Part shown: in pieces, positions 51,639-62,563 of the stretch
How positions within the stretch are numbered: position 1 is the first letter of the stretch
How the letters are laid out: each line of letters starts with the position of its first letter
Source of the DNA: Tubiluchus corallicola
Lineage: Eukaryota; Animalia; Priapulida
Assembly: GCA_030141605.1 (NCBI GenBank)
Contig: JAQGDQ010000189.1
Span: forward strand, 1-64,000
Direction: 5' to 3'
DNA length: 64,000 bases
Translations under genes and position numbers: made by a program
The notes under the pieces: generated by a model
Seen by the model: only the letters and a program-made list of their open reading frames with translations
Told to the model about the DNA's origin: nothing
Databases searched by the model: none

Positions 51639-54600
51639 CTACTTTTGCCCTTTTGTGTTTCGCAGGAATGGGTAACCACCGTTGGTGTTGCTATTTATGT
51701 CCCAAATATTAATAAAGTTCCACTCTTTATTGCCTGTACCCTGAGGTTGGTAGGTGTTTCTGTTTTTCATTTCGTTTGCCGATTTGCCTATTCCTCCCCC
51801 ATTAGATGCATATTGTTCTATGCCGGTTTTGTTCCAGTAGCTGTTGTTAATGTTTCCACTGTTCCATCCTGCCACTCCTCCGGTATTACCGCTATTAGCT
51901 GTTGTGCTTCCCATAGCGTAACAGTTGTTGATGTTTCCACTGTTGTGCCCAGCCAGTCCTCCGCCATTGTTATGGTTGTTGGTGCTGCTGATTGTTATGT
52001 TTCCTGTAGCATAGCTATTGCTAATGTTTCCGCTGTTCCATCCTGTCAGTCCTCCGGCATTGCCACTACTGTTATTTCCGCTGATTGTTATGTTTCCTGT
52101 GGCGTAGCTGTTGTTGATGTTTCCGTAGTGTCCTCCTACCAGTCCTCCGGCATAGCTGTTGTTGCCGGTACTTGTAGTGTTTACTGCGGCGTGGCTGTTG
52201 TTAATAGTTCCGCCGTAGTCGACTCCCCCCACCAGTCCGCCAACGTAGCTTGTTCCCTGCACACTTCCCCGGGCATAGCTATTTTCTATTGTTCCTTCGT
52301 TTGCTCCTGCCAGCCCGCCAACGCGGGTTTTCCCTATTATGTTTCCTTTGGCATAGCTGTTTTTGACAGTTCCGCTGTTTGCGCCGAGCAGCCCACCGGT
52401 GTAGTCACCTCCGGCTATGCCTCTCGGCGATATTTCCACGCCTGTATTTTTTATTTCCCCACCGGCTGCCAGGTATGCAAATAGTCCGGTGCATTGTTGG
52501 TGAGTATTGATGTAGAGGTTTTTTATTGTTTTGCTTTGTCCGTCAAATGTTCCGGTAAACTGGTCACTAATACTACCTATGGGTTCAAATCCATCTGCGG
52601 GGAAGCCATTTTCTCCCGGTTTGGGGCATTTTATATTGTTTGCCAGGGTGTAGTGGCCCGCCATGTTATGTTTTACACCTTGTAGGTCTTGCCAGTTTTT
52701 TATTCTGTATTGCTCTTTTATGGTTATGGTGTTTAGGGTTTTGGAGTGTGTTCCTTTTGATATGGTTATTGTGATGTTTATAGTGCCGTCATGTATGTTG
52801 TTCCACTCCGTTGTCGAGAGTATGTCTCCATTGATGGTTATTTGGTTATTGTTTGCGGTGATGGGGATGATTTTTTTTGCTGTTTTTCCTATTCTTATAG
52901 TAGTGTTCCAGTCTCCATCTGCAACGTTGTCGATTATAAACAGCTCTTTTTTTGTAATGTCGCCTGCTCCTATTCTGTTTTCGTTATTGTGGCTGAATAT
53001 TTTCAGTGTTGGTTTCCGGTTTGTGTCTGTTATTGTTACTATGTACTCTTTTGTGGTGGTGTCATCGTCCGCTGTTACGGTATATTTTACAGGGAGGTTA
53101 AAGTTTTGTGTTTCTGTTTTTGGCGGGTTTATGGTTGCCCCGACAGATATCTCCAATGTAGAGGGGGGTGTGTTGTCCGGAACTATTCCATATATGGTAG
53201 CGTTTCCCGTGATTGTTCCTTTTGTGTGGTCAATTTTTATGTCTGTTATTCCGGCGATGGCAAAGTCAGTTATTTTTGTCTCTGTATTGCTGGCTGTGTT
53301 AACGCTTACGGTGTATTTTTCTTTTGTTCCGTTTCCTGCAGTTATTATGTAGTCTACGGGGTTTTTAAAGCTTTTTGTTGTTCCGCTGTTTGGAGAGATG
53401 TCTGACCCTGTATGTGTGATAGTGGGGGTCAGTTTGTCCAGGTTGGTTTCGTAGGGCACGGTGAGCGTTATTTTTTTGTTTTCCTGGTCTATTTCCCCGT
53501 AGATGTTTTCAAATGAGTTGTTTTCTGACAGGAGGTCGAATTTTGTAACTGTTTTATCTGAGCTGGGTTCTACGCCTACTTTTATTGTGTATTTCTGTGT
53601 GCTTCCATCTTGTGCTGTTACGGTATAGGGGGTTTCATTAGTGAAGTTTTGTGCCAGTTTGCCGGCAGGAGATATAAGTACTCCGGTGTGTGTGATAGTT
53701 GGGGTAAGTCTATTTCTGCTAATACCGTAAGGGAGTGTAGCAGTTATTGTTGTACCTGTTATTACTCCCTCCACATCATTGTCCAGTGATGTATTGTCAT
53801 TCGGTTTAAAGGTGAATTTTGTAATTTCCTTGCTTGCGCTTGGAGCAATTGTCACAGTGTACTCCTGTCTGGTGTGTCCGTCCGGTGCTGTTACTACGTA
53901 TATTAGAGGTGTAGTGAAGTCCCGGGCAGTATTTTTTGAAGGGTGTATAGCGGCTCCTTCAGCTATTGTCAATGGTTTAGGGGTTATTTTTTTAAGGTTT
54001 GCCCTGTTTGATGCTACTCCGGTAATTGTTCCTTTGTTGTAGTCAATTTCTATATTTTTCACCTCTTCAAGTTCAAATGCTGTGATTCTCGCATCTGTAT
54101 TTTTATCTATGTTAATAATGGCGGTGTAGTCCTGTGTAGTTCCGTCTATTGCTGTTATCGTATAGTTTATGTTGTTAGAGAAGTCAAGTTCTTTTTCATC
54201 ACCAGGCGATATGGCTATTCCCGTGTGCATAATGGTGGGTTTAAGCGTGCCTATTGCGTTGTATGGCACGGTAGCGCTTATTGTTGTGTAAGTTATTAGC
54301 CCCTCTATATTCATTTTACCCAGTGCCGTGTTATTTTCTGCTTTAAATACAAAACCGGTGATGTTTTTGGTCTCATTTGAGATTACGTCAACACTAACGG
54401 TGTAGTTTTTTGTGGTACCATCAATTGCTGTTACCGCGTATGTTATATTTTCAGTGAAGTCCTGTCTTTTTTTATTTTCGGGTGATATGCCGGTCCCTTT
54501 ATACTCAATGGTGGGTATCAGCCTTTCTCTATCAATCCAAAATGGAACAGCGGCAGTTATTGTTGTTTCACCTACCACTCCTGTTATGTTATTTTTTAGT

Positions 54601-55001
54601 ACTGCGTTGTTGTCTGTTTTAAAGGTGAAGCTTTCAATGTATTTTGTCGCACTTGGGATAAGTTCTATTGTTACGGTGTAGTTCTGTGTGCTTCCATTTT
54701 CTGCTATTATTGTGTATTCCGCAGAGTTGGTAAAGTCTTGTGCTACTCCGCTTAAAGGGGCTATTAAGGCTTTGTCGGAGATGGAGATTTCAGGAGTAAG
54801 GCTGGTTTTGTCAGTTCCCTCTTCAGGCATTGTAATGTTTATGGTGTGTGTCTTGTGGTTGATGTCTGCTTTTTTTAAGCTACCAGCAATTTCAAAGCCA
54901 ATGATTTTTTTTTCACGGGACTTAGAGATTTTTGCATTCTCCTTTTTACAGGCTGTTATAACAAGTATGCATGTAAGCAGTAAGAGTATTTTTTTCTTCA
55001 T
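51639..55001 (-). CDS. Large surface lipoprotein, divergent paralogue of the array (about 7 stalk modules plus GLUG head)
   Basis: ITA-C KKE lipobox; YxVTAxDG modules; NENRIGAGD and EQYRIKNWQDLQ linker motifs shared with the array; GGLxG/NSYATGN repeats. Confidence 0.9.
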   Translation of the reverse strand: MKKKILLLLTCILVITACKKENAKISKSREKKIIGFEIAGSLKKADINHKTHTINITMPEEGTDKTSLTPEISISDKALIAPLSGVAQDFTNSAEYTIIAENGSTQNYTVTIELIPSATKYIESFTFKTDNNAVLKNNITGVVGETTITAAVPFWIDRERLIPTIEYKGTGISPENKKRQDFTENITYAVTAIDGTTKNYTVSVDVISNETKNITGFVFKAENNTALGKMNIEGLITYTTISATVPYNAIGTLKPTIMHTGIAISPGDEKELDFSNNINYTITAIDGTTQDYTAIINIDKNTDARITAFELEEVKNIEIDYNKGTITGVASNRANLKKITPKPLTIAEGAAIHPSKNTARDFTTPLIYVVTAPDGHTRQEYTVTIAPSASKEITKFTFKPNDNTSLDNDVEGVITGTTITATLPYGISRNRLTPTITHTGVLISPAGKLAQNFTNETPYTVTAQDGSTQKYTIKVGVEPSSDKTVTKFDLLSENNSFENIYGEIDQENKKITLTVPYETNLDKLTPTITHTGSDISPNSGTTKSFKNPVDYIITAGNGTKEKYTVSVNTASNTETKITDFAIAGITDIKIDHTKGTITGNATIYGIVPDNTPPSTLEISVGATINPPKTETQNFNLPVKYTVTADDDTTTKEYIVTITDTNRKPTLKIFSHNNENRIGAGDITKKELFIIDNVADGDWNTTIRIGKTAKKIIPITANNNQITINGDILSTTEWNNIHDGTINITITISKGTHSKTLNTITIKEQYRIKNWQDLQGVKHNMAGHYTLANNIKCPKPGENGFPADGFEPIGSISDQFTGTFDGQSKTIKNLYINTHQQCTGLFAYLAAGGEIKNTGVEISPRGIAGGDYTGGLLGANSGTVKNSYAKGNIIGKTRVGGLAGANEGTIENSYARGSVQGTSYVGGLVGGVDYGGTINNSHAAVNTTSTGNNSYAGGLVGGHYGNINNSYATGNITISGNNSSGNAGGLTGWNSGNISNSYATGNITISSTNNHNNGGGLAGHNSGNINNCYAMGSTTANSGNTGGVAGWNSGNINNSYWNKTGIEQYASNGGGIGKSANEMKNRNTYQPQGTGNKEWNFINIWDINSNTNGGYPFLRNTKGQK

Positions 55002-55474
55002 CAGTTATTTGTGGTTTTTCTCAATGCTCGGGTTTTTATTTGTGGTTTAAATAGGGATCAGGTCAGGAGACAGTTTTAAGTTTTTGGGAACGGCTACGGT
55101 TTAGTAATCAACAGGCATTTTTTTATTGTTTCACTATATAGTATTGTGTTTTTAAGTAAGTTAGTGATTTATTTTTGATTTTTCAAGTCCCCTGTTTTAA
55201 AAAGGGTGCACAGGTGATGGAGTTGGCTTAGGGATGTGTCCGGTTTATTTTTTGTCCTAAGTGAGTTGTTTTGCTTTGCAGAGTTCCTGGTTTGTATTTT
55301 TATTTGCAAAGGTGTAGTTTTACTGTTCCGCTCAGATATCTGCTCTCGCTGTTCAACAAAATTTGTAGATTTGCCCTTGGTCTTAAATCTATTGAGTGTA
55401 GTGAAGTCGGAGGTTTGTAAGGTTGTGGTAAAAAGGTTGCCGGCGTGAATATTTATTAATAAAACAGAGTAAAA

Positions 55475-56245
55475 ATGGCAGATAGTGGTCTCCTTATATT
55501 GGTTACAAATGACGATGGTGTGTATGCCAAAGGTCTAAGCGAGTTAATAGCTGTTGTGCGCCCTTATGGGAGTGTGGTGGTGGTTGCTCCAGACAATCCC
55601 CAGAGTGGTATGTCTCACGCCATTACGGTGGATAAGCCTTTGCGTGTGACAAAGTTAAGGAGTGAGGAGGGGCTTACTGTGTATGCGTGTAATGGAACAC
55701 CTGCTGATTGTGTGAAGCTTGCGTGCAATCAGCTGCTTGATAAGCTTCCCGATTTTATTTTTTCAGGCATTAATCACGGTGCGAACAATTCTGTTTCTAT
55801 ACTCTATTCGGGAACAATGGGTGCTGCACTGGAGGGGTGTATACATGGGGTGCCATCTGTTGGGTTTTCGCTATGTGATTATGATCCCGATGCGGATTTT
55901 TCAAATTCCGAGGCTGTGTCTGTAAGGGTGGTGCAGGAGGTTATAGAGAAGGGGCTTCCGGGAGGTGTGTGTCTGAACGTTAATATTCCACAAGGCCATG
56001 TTAAAGGGATTAATTTTTGTCGACAGACCAGAGGGAAGTGGGAAGAGGAGTTTGAGCGTAGGACAGATCCTCACGGCCGGGAGTATTTTTGGCTTACCGG
56101 ATATTTCAATAATGCAGAGTCGGAGGCGCGGGATACCGATGATTATGCTATTAGGAACGGATATGCTTCTGTAGTGCCGGTCAGTATAGATCTGACAGCT
56201 CATAAGGTGTTGAAGCCTATGCAGATGCAAAATTGGAAGTTGTAG
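55475..56245 (+). CDS. surE: 5'/3'-nucleotidase SurE
   Basis: LVTNDDG, GTPADCV, SGINHGAN, YSGTMGAA. Confidence 0.97.
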   Translation: MADSGLLILVTNDDGVYAKGLSELIAVVRPYGSVVVVAPDNPQSGMSHAITVDKPLRVTKLRSEEGLTVYACNGTPADCVKLACNQLLDKLPDFIFSGINHGANNSVSILYSGTMGAALEGCIHGVPSVGFSLCDYDPDADFSNSEAVSVRVVQEVIEKGLPGGVCLNVNIPQGHVKGINFCRQTRGKWEEEFERRTDPHGREYFWLTGYFNNAESEARDTDDYAIRNGYASVVPVSIDLTAHKVLKPMQMQNWKL

Positions 56246-56247
56246 CT

Positions 56248-56547
56248 ATGGTAAGAGGTAGGATACAGATTAACTCCTTTTTTATGGGAACTGCTTTGGG
56301 GGTTGCTATACCATTTGTTTTCTTTTTGCTGTATTATGCTTTCAGGTTTAGCAGTCTGGATTTTAGTGATTACCTGTCCAAGCTTGCAGAGTCAAAAAAG
56401 CTTGTCAATGTGATTAGCCTGGCAGTTTTTCCGAATATATTGTCCTTTACATTTTTTGTAAGGAAGGAGATGCTAAAGACCGGTAGGGGCATACTGTTTG
56501 CCACTATCTTTTACGGTATATTTATTTTTGTTTTGAAGTTTATTTAA
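56248..56547 (+). CDS. Small membrane protein
   Basis: Three hydrophobic segments; fills the gap between surE and lpxB. Start uncertain. Confidence 0.7.
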   Translation: MVRGRIQINSFFMGTALGVAIPFVFFLLYYAFRFSSLDFSDYLSKLAESKKLVNVISLAVFPNILSFTFFVRKEMLKTGRGILFATIFYGIFIFVLKFI

Positions 56548-56555
56548 AAGGGGAT

Positions 56556-57692
56556 ATGAGGTACTTCATTATTGCGGGAGAGGCTTCGGGTGATTTACAT
56601 GCATCACATTTGATGCGAGAGCTTAAGTGCAGGGATGATAGCGCTGAGTTTTCTTATTTTGGTGGCGATCTTATGCGGTTGGAAGGGGGTAGGCTGCTTA
56701 AGCACTATAGTGAGATGGCTTTTATGGGTCTTACGAATGTTGTGATGAACCTGCCCAAGATATTTAAGAATTTCCGTTACGCTAAGCGGGAAGTGCTTGC
56801 TTTTAGTCCAGATGTGCTTATTCTCGTTGATTATCCGGGCTTTAATCTTCGTATGGCCGGTTTTGCAAAAAGGCACGGTATAAGAACGTTTTATTATATA
56901 TCTCCGAAGATATGGGCATGGAACACCGGCAGGGTAAGGAAGATAAAGAGGTATGTAGATGAGATGTTTACTATATTTCCATTTGAGACTGCGTTTTATA
57001 AGAGGCATGGTTATAAGGTGAGGTATGTCGGGAATCCCACTATTGATGAGCTGGCAGTGAGGCCAAATCAGGATGAGCCTTTTGAGAGTTTTATAGCCAG
57101 GAACAGTTTACCGGCAAAGCCGATAGTTGCGATTCTAGCCGGAAGCAGAAAGCAGGAGATTTCGTTGATTTTGCCTGAGATGGCTGGGGCAGCGGAGCAT
57201 TTCCATGATTATCAGTTTGTGATAGCGGGAGTTGATTCACAGCCGCTGTCTTTTTACCGAAAGGTGTTGCGGGGCAAGGATATCCCCGTTGTGTTTGGAC
57301 AGGCTTATGAGCTGCTGCAACATTCCAAGGCTTCACTTGTGGCGTCTGGGACAGCTAATCTGGAGGCGGCAGTTATAAACACGCCACAGGTGCTGTGCTA
57401 TAAGGTTGAGCTTGGGCGTTTTGCCAAGTGGGTGCTTTCTCATATAATGAAAGTGCCTTATATTTCGCTTGTAAATTTAATTCTGGGCAGGGAGGCTTTG
57501 AAAGAGTATTTTCAGGATAAGTGCAATAGAGAGAGTATCGCTGCCGAGCTTAGAAAGATACTTTATGATAAGGGGCACAGGGATGGTATACTTGCAAGCT
57601 ATGATGAGATTAGAGATGTGTTAGGAGAGGCTGGAAGTGCAGGCAGGGCGGCTGAGGAGATGATAGGAATATTAAAGTCAGGTAAAGTTTAG
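56556..57692 (+). CDS. lpxB: Lipid-A-disaccharide synthase
   Basis: AGEASGDLH, DYPGFN, SPKIWAW, GSRKQE, SGTA.LE. Confidence 0.97.
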   Translation: MRYFIIAGEASGDLHASHLMRELKCRDDSAEFSYFGGDLMRLEGGRLLKHYSEMAFMGLTNVVMNLPKIFKNFRYAKREVLAFSPDVLILVDYPGFNLRMAGFAKRHGIRTFYYISPKIWAWNTGRVRKIKRYVDEMFTIFPFETAFYKRHGYKVRYVGNPTIDELAVRPNQDEPFESFIARNSLPAKPIVAILAGSRKQEISLILPEMAGAAEHFHDYQFVIAGVDSQPLSFYRKVLRGKDIPVVFGQAYELLQHSKASLVASGTANLEAAVINTPQVLCYKVELGRFAKWVLSHIMKVPYISLVNLILGREALKEYFQDKCNRESIAAELRKILYDKGHRDGILASYDEIRDVLGEAGSAGRAAEEMIGILKSGKV

Positions 57693-57699
57693 GGGTGCT

Positions 57700-60123
57700 A
57701 TGTACAGTTTATTTAAGAAGGAGGTTATTCAGTTTTTTGGCTCTTTGATGGGGTATTTTATTGTAGTTGTATTTTTATCCATTACCGGTCTATTTTTATG
57801 GGTGTTTCCCGGGGTATATAATATTCCAGGAGGAGGGTACGCTACACTGGAGGGGCTTTTTGAGCTGGCTCCCTGGGTATATCTTTTTCTTATCCCTGCA
57901 GTTTCTATGCGTATATTTGCTGATGAGAAGAGAGGGGGGACCATGGAGCTGCTTTTGTCCCGCCCTATATCGGAGTTGGGGCTTGTGCTTTCAAAGTACA
58001 TGGCGGCGCTGGTGGTGGTAATGCTTTCATTATTGCCTACGCTTTTGTATTACTGGGCGGTTTCTTCTCTAGGCAGTCCGGCAGGGAACATAGATGGTGG
58101 TGCTGTTTTGGGAAGTTATATAGGGCTGTTTTTTCTCGCTTCCATCTATTTGTCAATAGGACTGTTTGCTTCATCGCTCACCGGCAACCAGATTGTTGCG
58201 TTTACAATTGCGCTGGTTCTTTCTTTTTTCTGGTATGTGGGGTTTGGTTATGCTTCTGAGCTTCCTGTGCTGTCGAGAGTGCCGGATGCTATATCTGCAA
58301 TAGGGATAGACGAACATTACGAATCGGTTAGCCGTGGTGTGCTTGATTTAAGAGATTTCGCTTATTTCATTCTGACATGTGGGTTTTTTCTTTTGCTTAC
58401 AAAGGTGTCGCTAGAGTGGGGGCGCAAGCCGCTAAGGCGAGGTGTTTCCCAAGTTCTTGTCTATGTTGTTTTGTCTGCTCTTGTTATGTCGGTTTTATCC
58501 TCCCTTTTTTTCAGGGTCGATTTTACATCAGAGAAGAGGTATTCGCTCTCCCCGCAATCAAGAGAGGTACTTTCACAGATGAAAGAGCCGGCGCTTGTAA
58601 AGGTTTATCTTGATGGTGAGCTACAGCCGGGTTTTAGAAAGTTAAAAAAAGCCATTAAGGAAAAGCTTAGCGATTTTAATGCATTTTCGGGTCCGGGAGT
58701 GTATGTAAAGTTTATTGATCCTTATGAAGAGGTTAGGCCTGAGAGGCGGGAGGAGTATTTTGACTCTTTGTTGAGTAACGGGTTAAGGGCTACTAATGTG
58801 CATTTAAGGACAGATAAAGGGACGAGTGTAAAGCTGATTTTTCCATCTGCCACAGTGAGTATGGGGGAGCATAGGGTTGTTTTGAACTTTCTTAAAAATA
58901 ATCCTGCGCTGGGTGGAGCTGAGAACATTAATCATTCTATAGAGACGTTGGAGTATGAGTTTGCAAATGCGCTAAAGATGCTTATTGTGAACAAGAGGGA
59001 GAGAGTGGCTTTTCTCACTGGGCACGGGGAGTTGGATCAGTGGCAGGTAGAGGATCTATCGCATGCATTGTCCGGGAGTTTTGAAACAGTTCGTATCTCT
59101 ACAGAGGAGCTTTCGCTTTATCCTGATAGTTTTAAGCTTCTTGTTGTTGCCGGGCCTGAAAATAGGTTTTCAGAGAAGGATAAGTTTGCTATTGATCAGT
59201 ATATTATGAAGGGGGGGCGTGTTTTGTGGGCAATTGCTTCTGTTAATGTTAGCCTGGACAGTTTGTCGCAAGGTATGTCCACATTGGCTTTTCCCAGAGA
59301 TCTAAATTTGGAAGATCAGTTATTCAGGTATGGCGCTCGTGTTAATTATGACCTTATTCAGGATACTGAGTGCCTAACTATTCCTATGCACACAGATCTT
59401 TCCGGTGCACCTTCTGAGTTAACACCGATGCCGTGGTACTTTTCTCCGATCGTTTTACCATCTCAAAGCCACCCTGTAGGGAGAAATATTAAGCATTTGA
59501 TGTCAGGGTTTGTAAGTTCTATTGATGTTGTGGGAGATAACGATAATGTAAATGCAACGGTGTTGCTTGCAACTTCTCCTTATTCGAGAAGGAACAAAGT
59601 GCCCATGACTGTAAGTCTCGCAATGGCAAATGCACCGCCTTCTCGTAGTATGTTTAGGGAGAGGCATATACCTCTTGCAGTGCTTCTTGAAGGGGAGTTT
59701 ATATCTGTTTTCAAGAACAGGATGGTAGAAGCTTTCGGAGTAGATAGAGGGACAGAGGTTATTGAGGAGAGCGAAAAGACGAAGATGCTGATAGTCTCTA
59801 ATGGGAGTATGTTGGCCAACAAGGTTCAAAGGAGAGGGGATGAGGCGCAAGTTTTACCCTTGGGTTATGATCGCTTCTCCCGCTACACATTTGGCAATAA
59901 GGAGTTTTTTGTAAATGCTATACATTACCTGTGTGACGATTCCGGGTTGATGAGTTTACGCTCAAGAGTGATGAAGCTACGTATGTTGGATAAAGTAAAG
60001 CTGGGCGAAAGTAAGGTGAAGTGGCAAGTTATAAATATGATAGTTCCCGTTTTAGTAATAATTGCAGCGGGACTTATTTTTAATTTTATAAGGAAAAGTC
60101 GCTATGCACGCCGAAGCGTTTAG
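57700..60123 (+). CDS. gldG: Fused GldF-GldG (ABC permease plus substrate-binding-like domain)
   Basis: N-terminal GldF motifs (EKRGGTMELL, NQIVAF, SRGVLDLRD) are in frame with GldG motifs (DFTSEKRYSLS, GHGEL, DQYIMKGG, GNKEF, KWQVIN). Confidence 0.85.
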   Translation: MYSLFKKEVIQFFGSLMGYFIVVVFLSITGLFLWVFPGVYNIPGGGYATLEGLFELAPWVYLFLIPAVSMRIFADEKRGGTMELLLSRPISELGLVLSKYMAALVVVMLSLLPTLLYYWAVSSLGSPAGNIDGGAVLGSYIGLFFLASIYLSIGLFASSLTGNQIVAFTIALVLSFFWYVGFGYASELPVLSRVPDAISAIGIDEHYESVSRGVLDLRDFAYFILTCGFFLLLTKVSLEWGRKPLRRGVSQVLVYVVLSALVMSVLSSLFFRVDFTSEKRYSLSPQSREVLSQMKEPALVKVYLDGELQPGFRKLKKAIKEKLSDFNAFSGPGVYVKFIDPYEEVRPERREEYFDSLLSNGLRATNVHLRTDKGTSVKLIFPSATVSMGEHRVVLNFLKNNPALGGAENINHSIETLEYEFANALKMLIVNKRERVAFLTGHGELDQWQVEDLSHALSGSFETVRISTEELSLYPDSFKLLVVAGPENRFSEKDKFAIDQYIMKGGRVLWAIASVNVSLDSLSQGMSTLAFPRDLNLEDQLFRYGARVNYDLIQDTECLTIPMHTDLSGAPSELTPMPWYFSPIVLPSQSHPVGRNIKHLMSGFVSSIDVVGDNDNVNATVLLATSPYSRRNKVPMTVSLAMANAPPSRSMFRERHIPLAVLLEGEFISVFKNRMVEAFGVDRGTEVIEESEKTKMLIVSNGSMLANKVQRRGDEAQVLPLGYDRFSRYTFGNKEFFVNAIHYLCDDSGLMSLRSRVMKLRMLDKVKLGESKVKWQVINMIVPVLVIIAAGLIFNFIRKSRYARRSV

Positions 60124-60449
60124 CTAAAAAGGTTAAATTTATAATGAGAGATCCCTGCAATGTTTATTTTTATTAATATTTTCTTTTTGCAATTTTCTTC
60201 AAAACCCTTATTTGTGCCAACTAAGGAGTGACTTATCATTAAATCTCCCCGATTTGGGCCAAAATATTTCGTTTTGTAGAGGTTTTAATGAGTAATAAAT
60301 TAACTGATTATTTGTATATTCGTGGGTGTTTATCCAGCAATTATATTACGGTTGGTGTGTTGTAGTGTTTGGAGTGATAAATATTATATATTAATTAACA
60401 TAATGAAGTTGATGTGTTTAACATAACTTTCATTAAAAAAACTAAACAA

Positions 60450-61577
60450 ATGAAGTTTGTTGTTTCCAGTACAGAATTGATGAGTCACCTTAGCGCAGTG
60501 AGTAAGGTGATAAATAGTAAAAATGCATTGCCAATTCTTGACAACTTCTTATTTACTCTTGAGGGGACTACACTTTCTGTGGTGGCATCCGATCTTGAGA
60601 CGACATTGAGTGCCTCTTTTGAATTGGATTCAGTAGAGGGGGAGGGGTGCATAGCTATTCCTGCCAGGAGGCTACTTGATACGTTAAGGGAGTTTCCAGA
60701 ACAACCTCTCACATTTGATATTAATGTTAATACTTTAGCCGTGGATATATTGACAGAGAACGGGAAGTTTTCTGCGGTAGGGCAAGAAGGGGACGACTTT
60801 CCACAGTTTCCGAAGCAAAAAAGTGATAGCAGCAGTATAAAGACGGAGTATGATATATTGTTGAGAGGTATAGGCAAGACTCTGTTTGCGGTAGCGGAAG
60901 ATGAGCTTCGTCCCATAATGAACGGCATTTTTATAGATCTGACTACGGATAGTATGACCTTTGTTGCATCTGATGCACACAAGCTTGTTCGTTATCAAAA
61001 TAACAAAGCCAAGCCGGGATTGGACAATTCGTTTGTGTTGCCTAAAAAGCCGGCATCACTGTTTAAAAACCTGCCTGTGCCGGAGAATGTTGATGTAGAG
61101 ATTGCATTCGACGGGGAGAATGCGTTTTTCACATTGCCGGGGTATAAGGTTGTTTGTCGGCTTATTGAAGGCAAGTATCCGGCATATAATTCGGTGATAC
61201 CTCAAAACAATTCTAACAAAATGGTAGTTAGTAGGGTTGAGTTTTATAATACGCTGAGGAGAGTTTCTGTTTTTTCAAATCAGTCGAGCAATCTTGTGAG
61301 TCTTGAGTTATCTTCAGACGAGCTGGTTGTTTCTGCACAGGATGTTGATTTTGCAACCTCTGCAGTAGAGCGAATTAAATGCCAGTATGAAGGGACAGAA
61401 ATGAGGATAGGGTTTAAGTCTACCTTTCTTGCAGAGATTGTGTCTAATATTTCATCAGAAGAGGTAGAGATTGCACTCTCTGATCCTGGAAGGGCAGGAA
61501 CAATAATACCTGTAGATAACGATTTTGAAGATGAGGATGTTTTAATGTTGTTGATACCTATGAAGACCGTTGAGTGA
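60450..61577 (+). CDS. dnaN: DNA polymerase III beta sliding clamp
   Basis: MKFVVSS, LPILDNFL, SDLE, ASDAHKL, RLIEGKYP.Y. Confidence 0.97.
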   Translation: MKFVVSSTELMSHLSAVSKVINSKNALPILDNFLFTLEGTTLSVVASDLETTLSASFELDSVEGEGCIAIPARRLLDTLREFPEQPLTFDINVNTLAVDILTENGKFSAVGQEGDDFPQFPKQKSDSSSIKTEYDILLRGIGKTLFAVAEDELRPIMNGIFIDLTTDSMTFVASDAHKLVRYQNNKAKPGLDNSFVLPKKPASLFKNLPVPENVDVEIAFDGENAFFTLPGYKVVCRLIEGKYPAYNSVIPQNNSNKMVVSRVEFYNTLRRVSVFSNQSSNLVSLELSSDELVVSAQDVDFATSAVERIKCQYEGTEMRIGFKSTFLAEIVSNISSEEVEIALSDPGRAGTIIPVDNDFEDEDVLMLLIPMKTVE

Positions 61578-61699
61578 GTTAAAGCTGTTTAAAGGTTTAA
61601 ATAGCTGATAGGGCATTGGCGGTAAAGTTTAGTATTGGTGCCAGGCTGATATTTTGCAGATATAGGCACGGCTTTCACAGACACTAAAAATATGAGCAT

Positions 61700-62509
61700 A
61701 TGCAATTGAATCTTAAAAAGCCACTGGTGTTCCTTGATCTGGAAACCACAGGAATAAATATAGTAACAGATAGAGTGGTAGAGATAGCTCTACTGAAGGT
61801 TGGTAGCAATGGAGAGGAGGAGGAGAAAGTTATGCGTATCAATCCTGAGATGCCAATACCCCAGGAGGCTTCACAGATACATGGTATTACCGATGAAGAT
61901 GTCAAGGAGTGTCATACTTTTAAACAGGTTGCTAAGCAGATAGCAGGGTTTATTGAAGGTGCAGATTTGGCTGGTTTTAATTCCAATAGGTTTGATATAC
62001 CACTGCTTTCAGAGGAGTTTTTGAGGGTGGGACTGGATGTTGATCTAAAGAGAAAAAGGTTTATTGATGTGCAAACAATTTTCCATAAGATGGAGAGAAG
62101 AACTCTGTCTGCTGCATATAAGTTTTATTGTGGGCAGGAGCTGGAAGAGGCACATAGTGCCAAGGCGGACACCAGAGCCACGTATGAGGTTTTAAAAGCA
62201 CAGCTGGACAGGTACGAGGGTGTTGAGGTGGAAGAGAATAAAAAAAGAGAGGTGCCTGTTGTTAACGATGTGGAAGCTCTGTCCAAGTTTTCTTCCCACA
62301 ATAGGAATGTTGATTTTGCAGGTAGAATCATTTATAATGATGACGGGGTTGAGGTGTTTAATTTTGGGAAATACAAGGGGAAACCTGTAGAGGAGGTGCT
62401 TAAAGAGGATTTTGGGTACTACGGCTGGATGCTTAATAATGAGTTTCCTTTGTACACAAAGAAGGTGCTTACCTCCATTAAGCTCAGAGCATTTCATAAG
62501 GAGGCGTAG
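61700..62509 (+). CDS. DEDDh 3'-5' exonuclease (DnaQ-like)
   Basis: DLETTG, GFNSNRFD, AHSAKAD, FGKYKG. Confidence 0.93.
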   Translation: MQLNLKKPLVFLDLETTGINIVTDRVVEIALLKVGSNGEEEEKVMRINPEMPIPQEASQIHGITDEDVKECHTFKQVAKQIAGFIEGADLAGFNSNRFDIPLLSEEFLRVGLDVDLKRKRFIDVQTIFHKMERRTLSAAYKFYCGQELEEAHSAKADTRATYEVLKAQLDRYEGVEVEENKKREVPVVNDVEALSKFSSHNRNVDFAGRIIYNDDGVEVFNFGKYKGKPVEEVLKEDFGYYGWMLNNEFPLYTKKVLTSIKLRAFHKEA

Positions 62510-62563
62510 CTTCCTGCTTACTTTTTCAAATGTGCTGAGAGAGCTTGGATATAGTTTATAGTA

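Noticed and set aside
51645-55050. Long plus-strand ORFs opposite the orphan lipoprotein
   Set aside because: Antisense shadows favoured by the G/T-rich skew, with no protein motifs.
60124-60449. Replication origin upstream of dnaN
   Set aside because: AT-rich, but no cluster of TTATCCACA boxes, no dnaA, and no visible skew switch.
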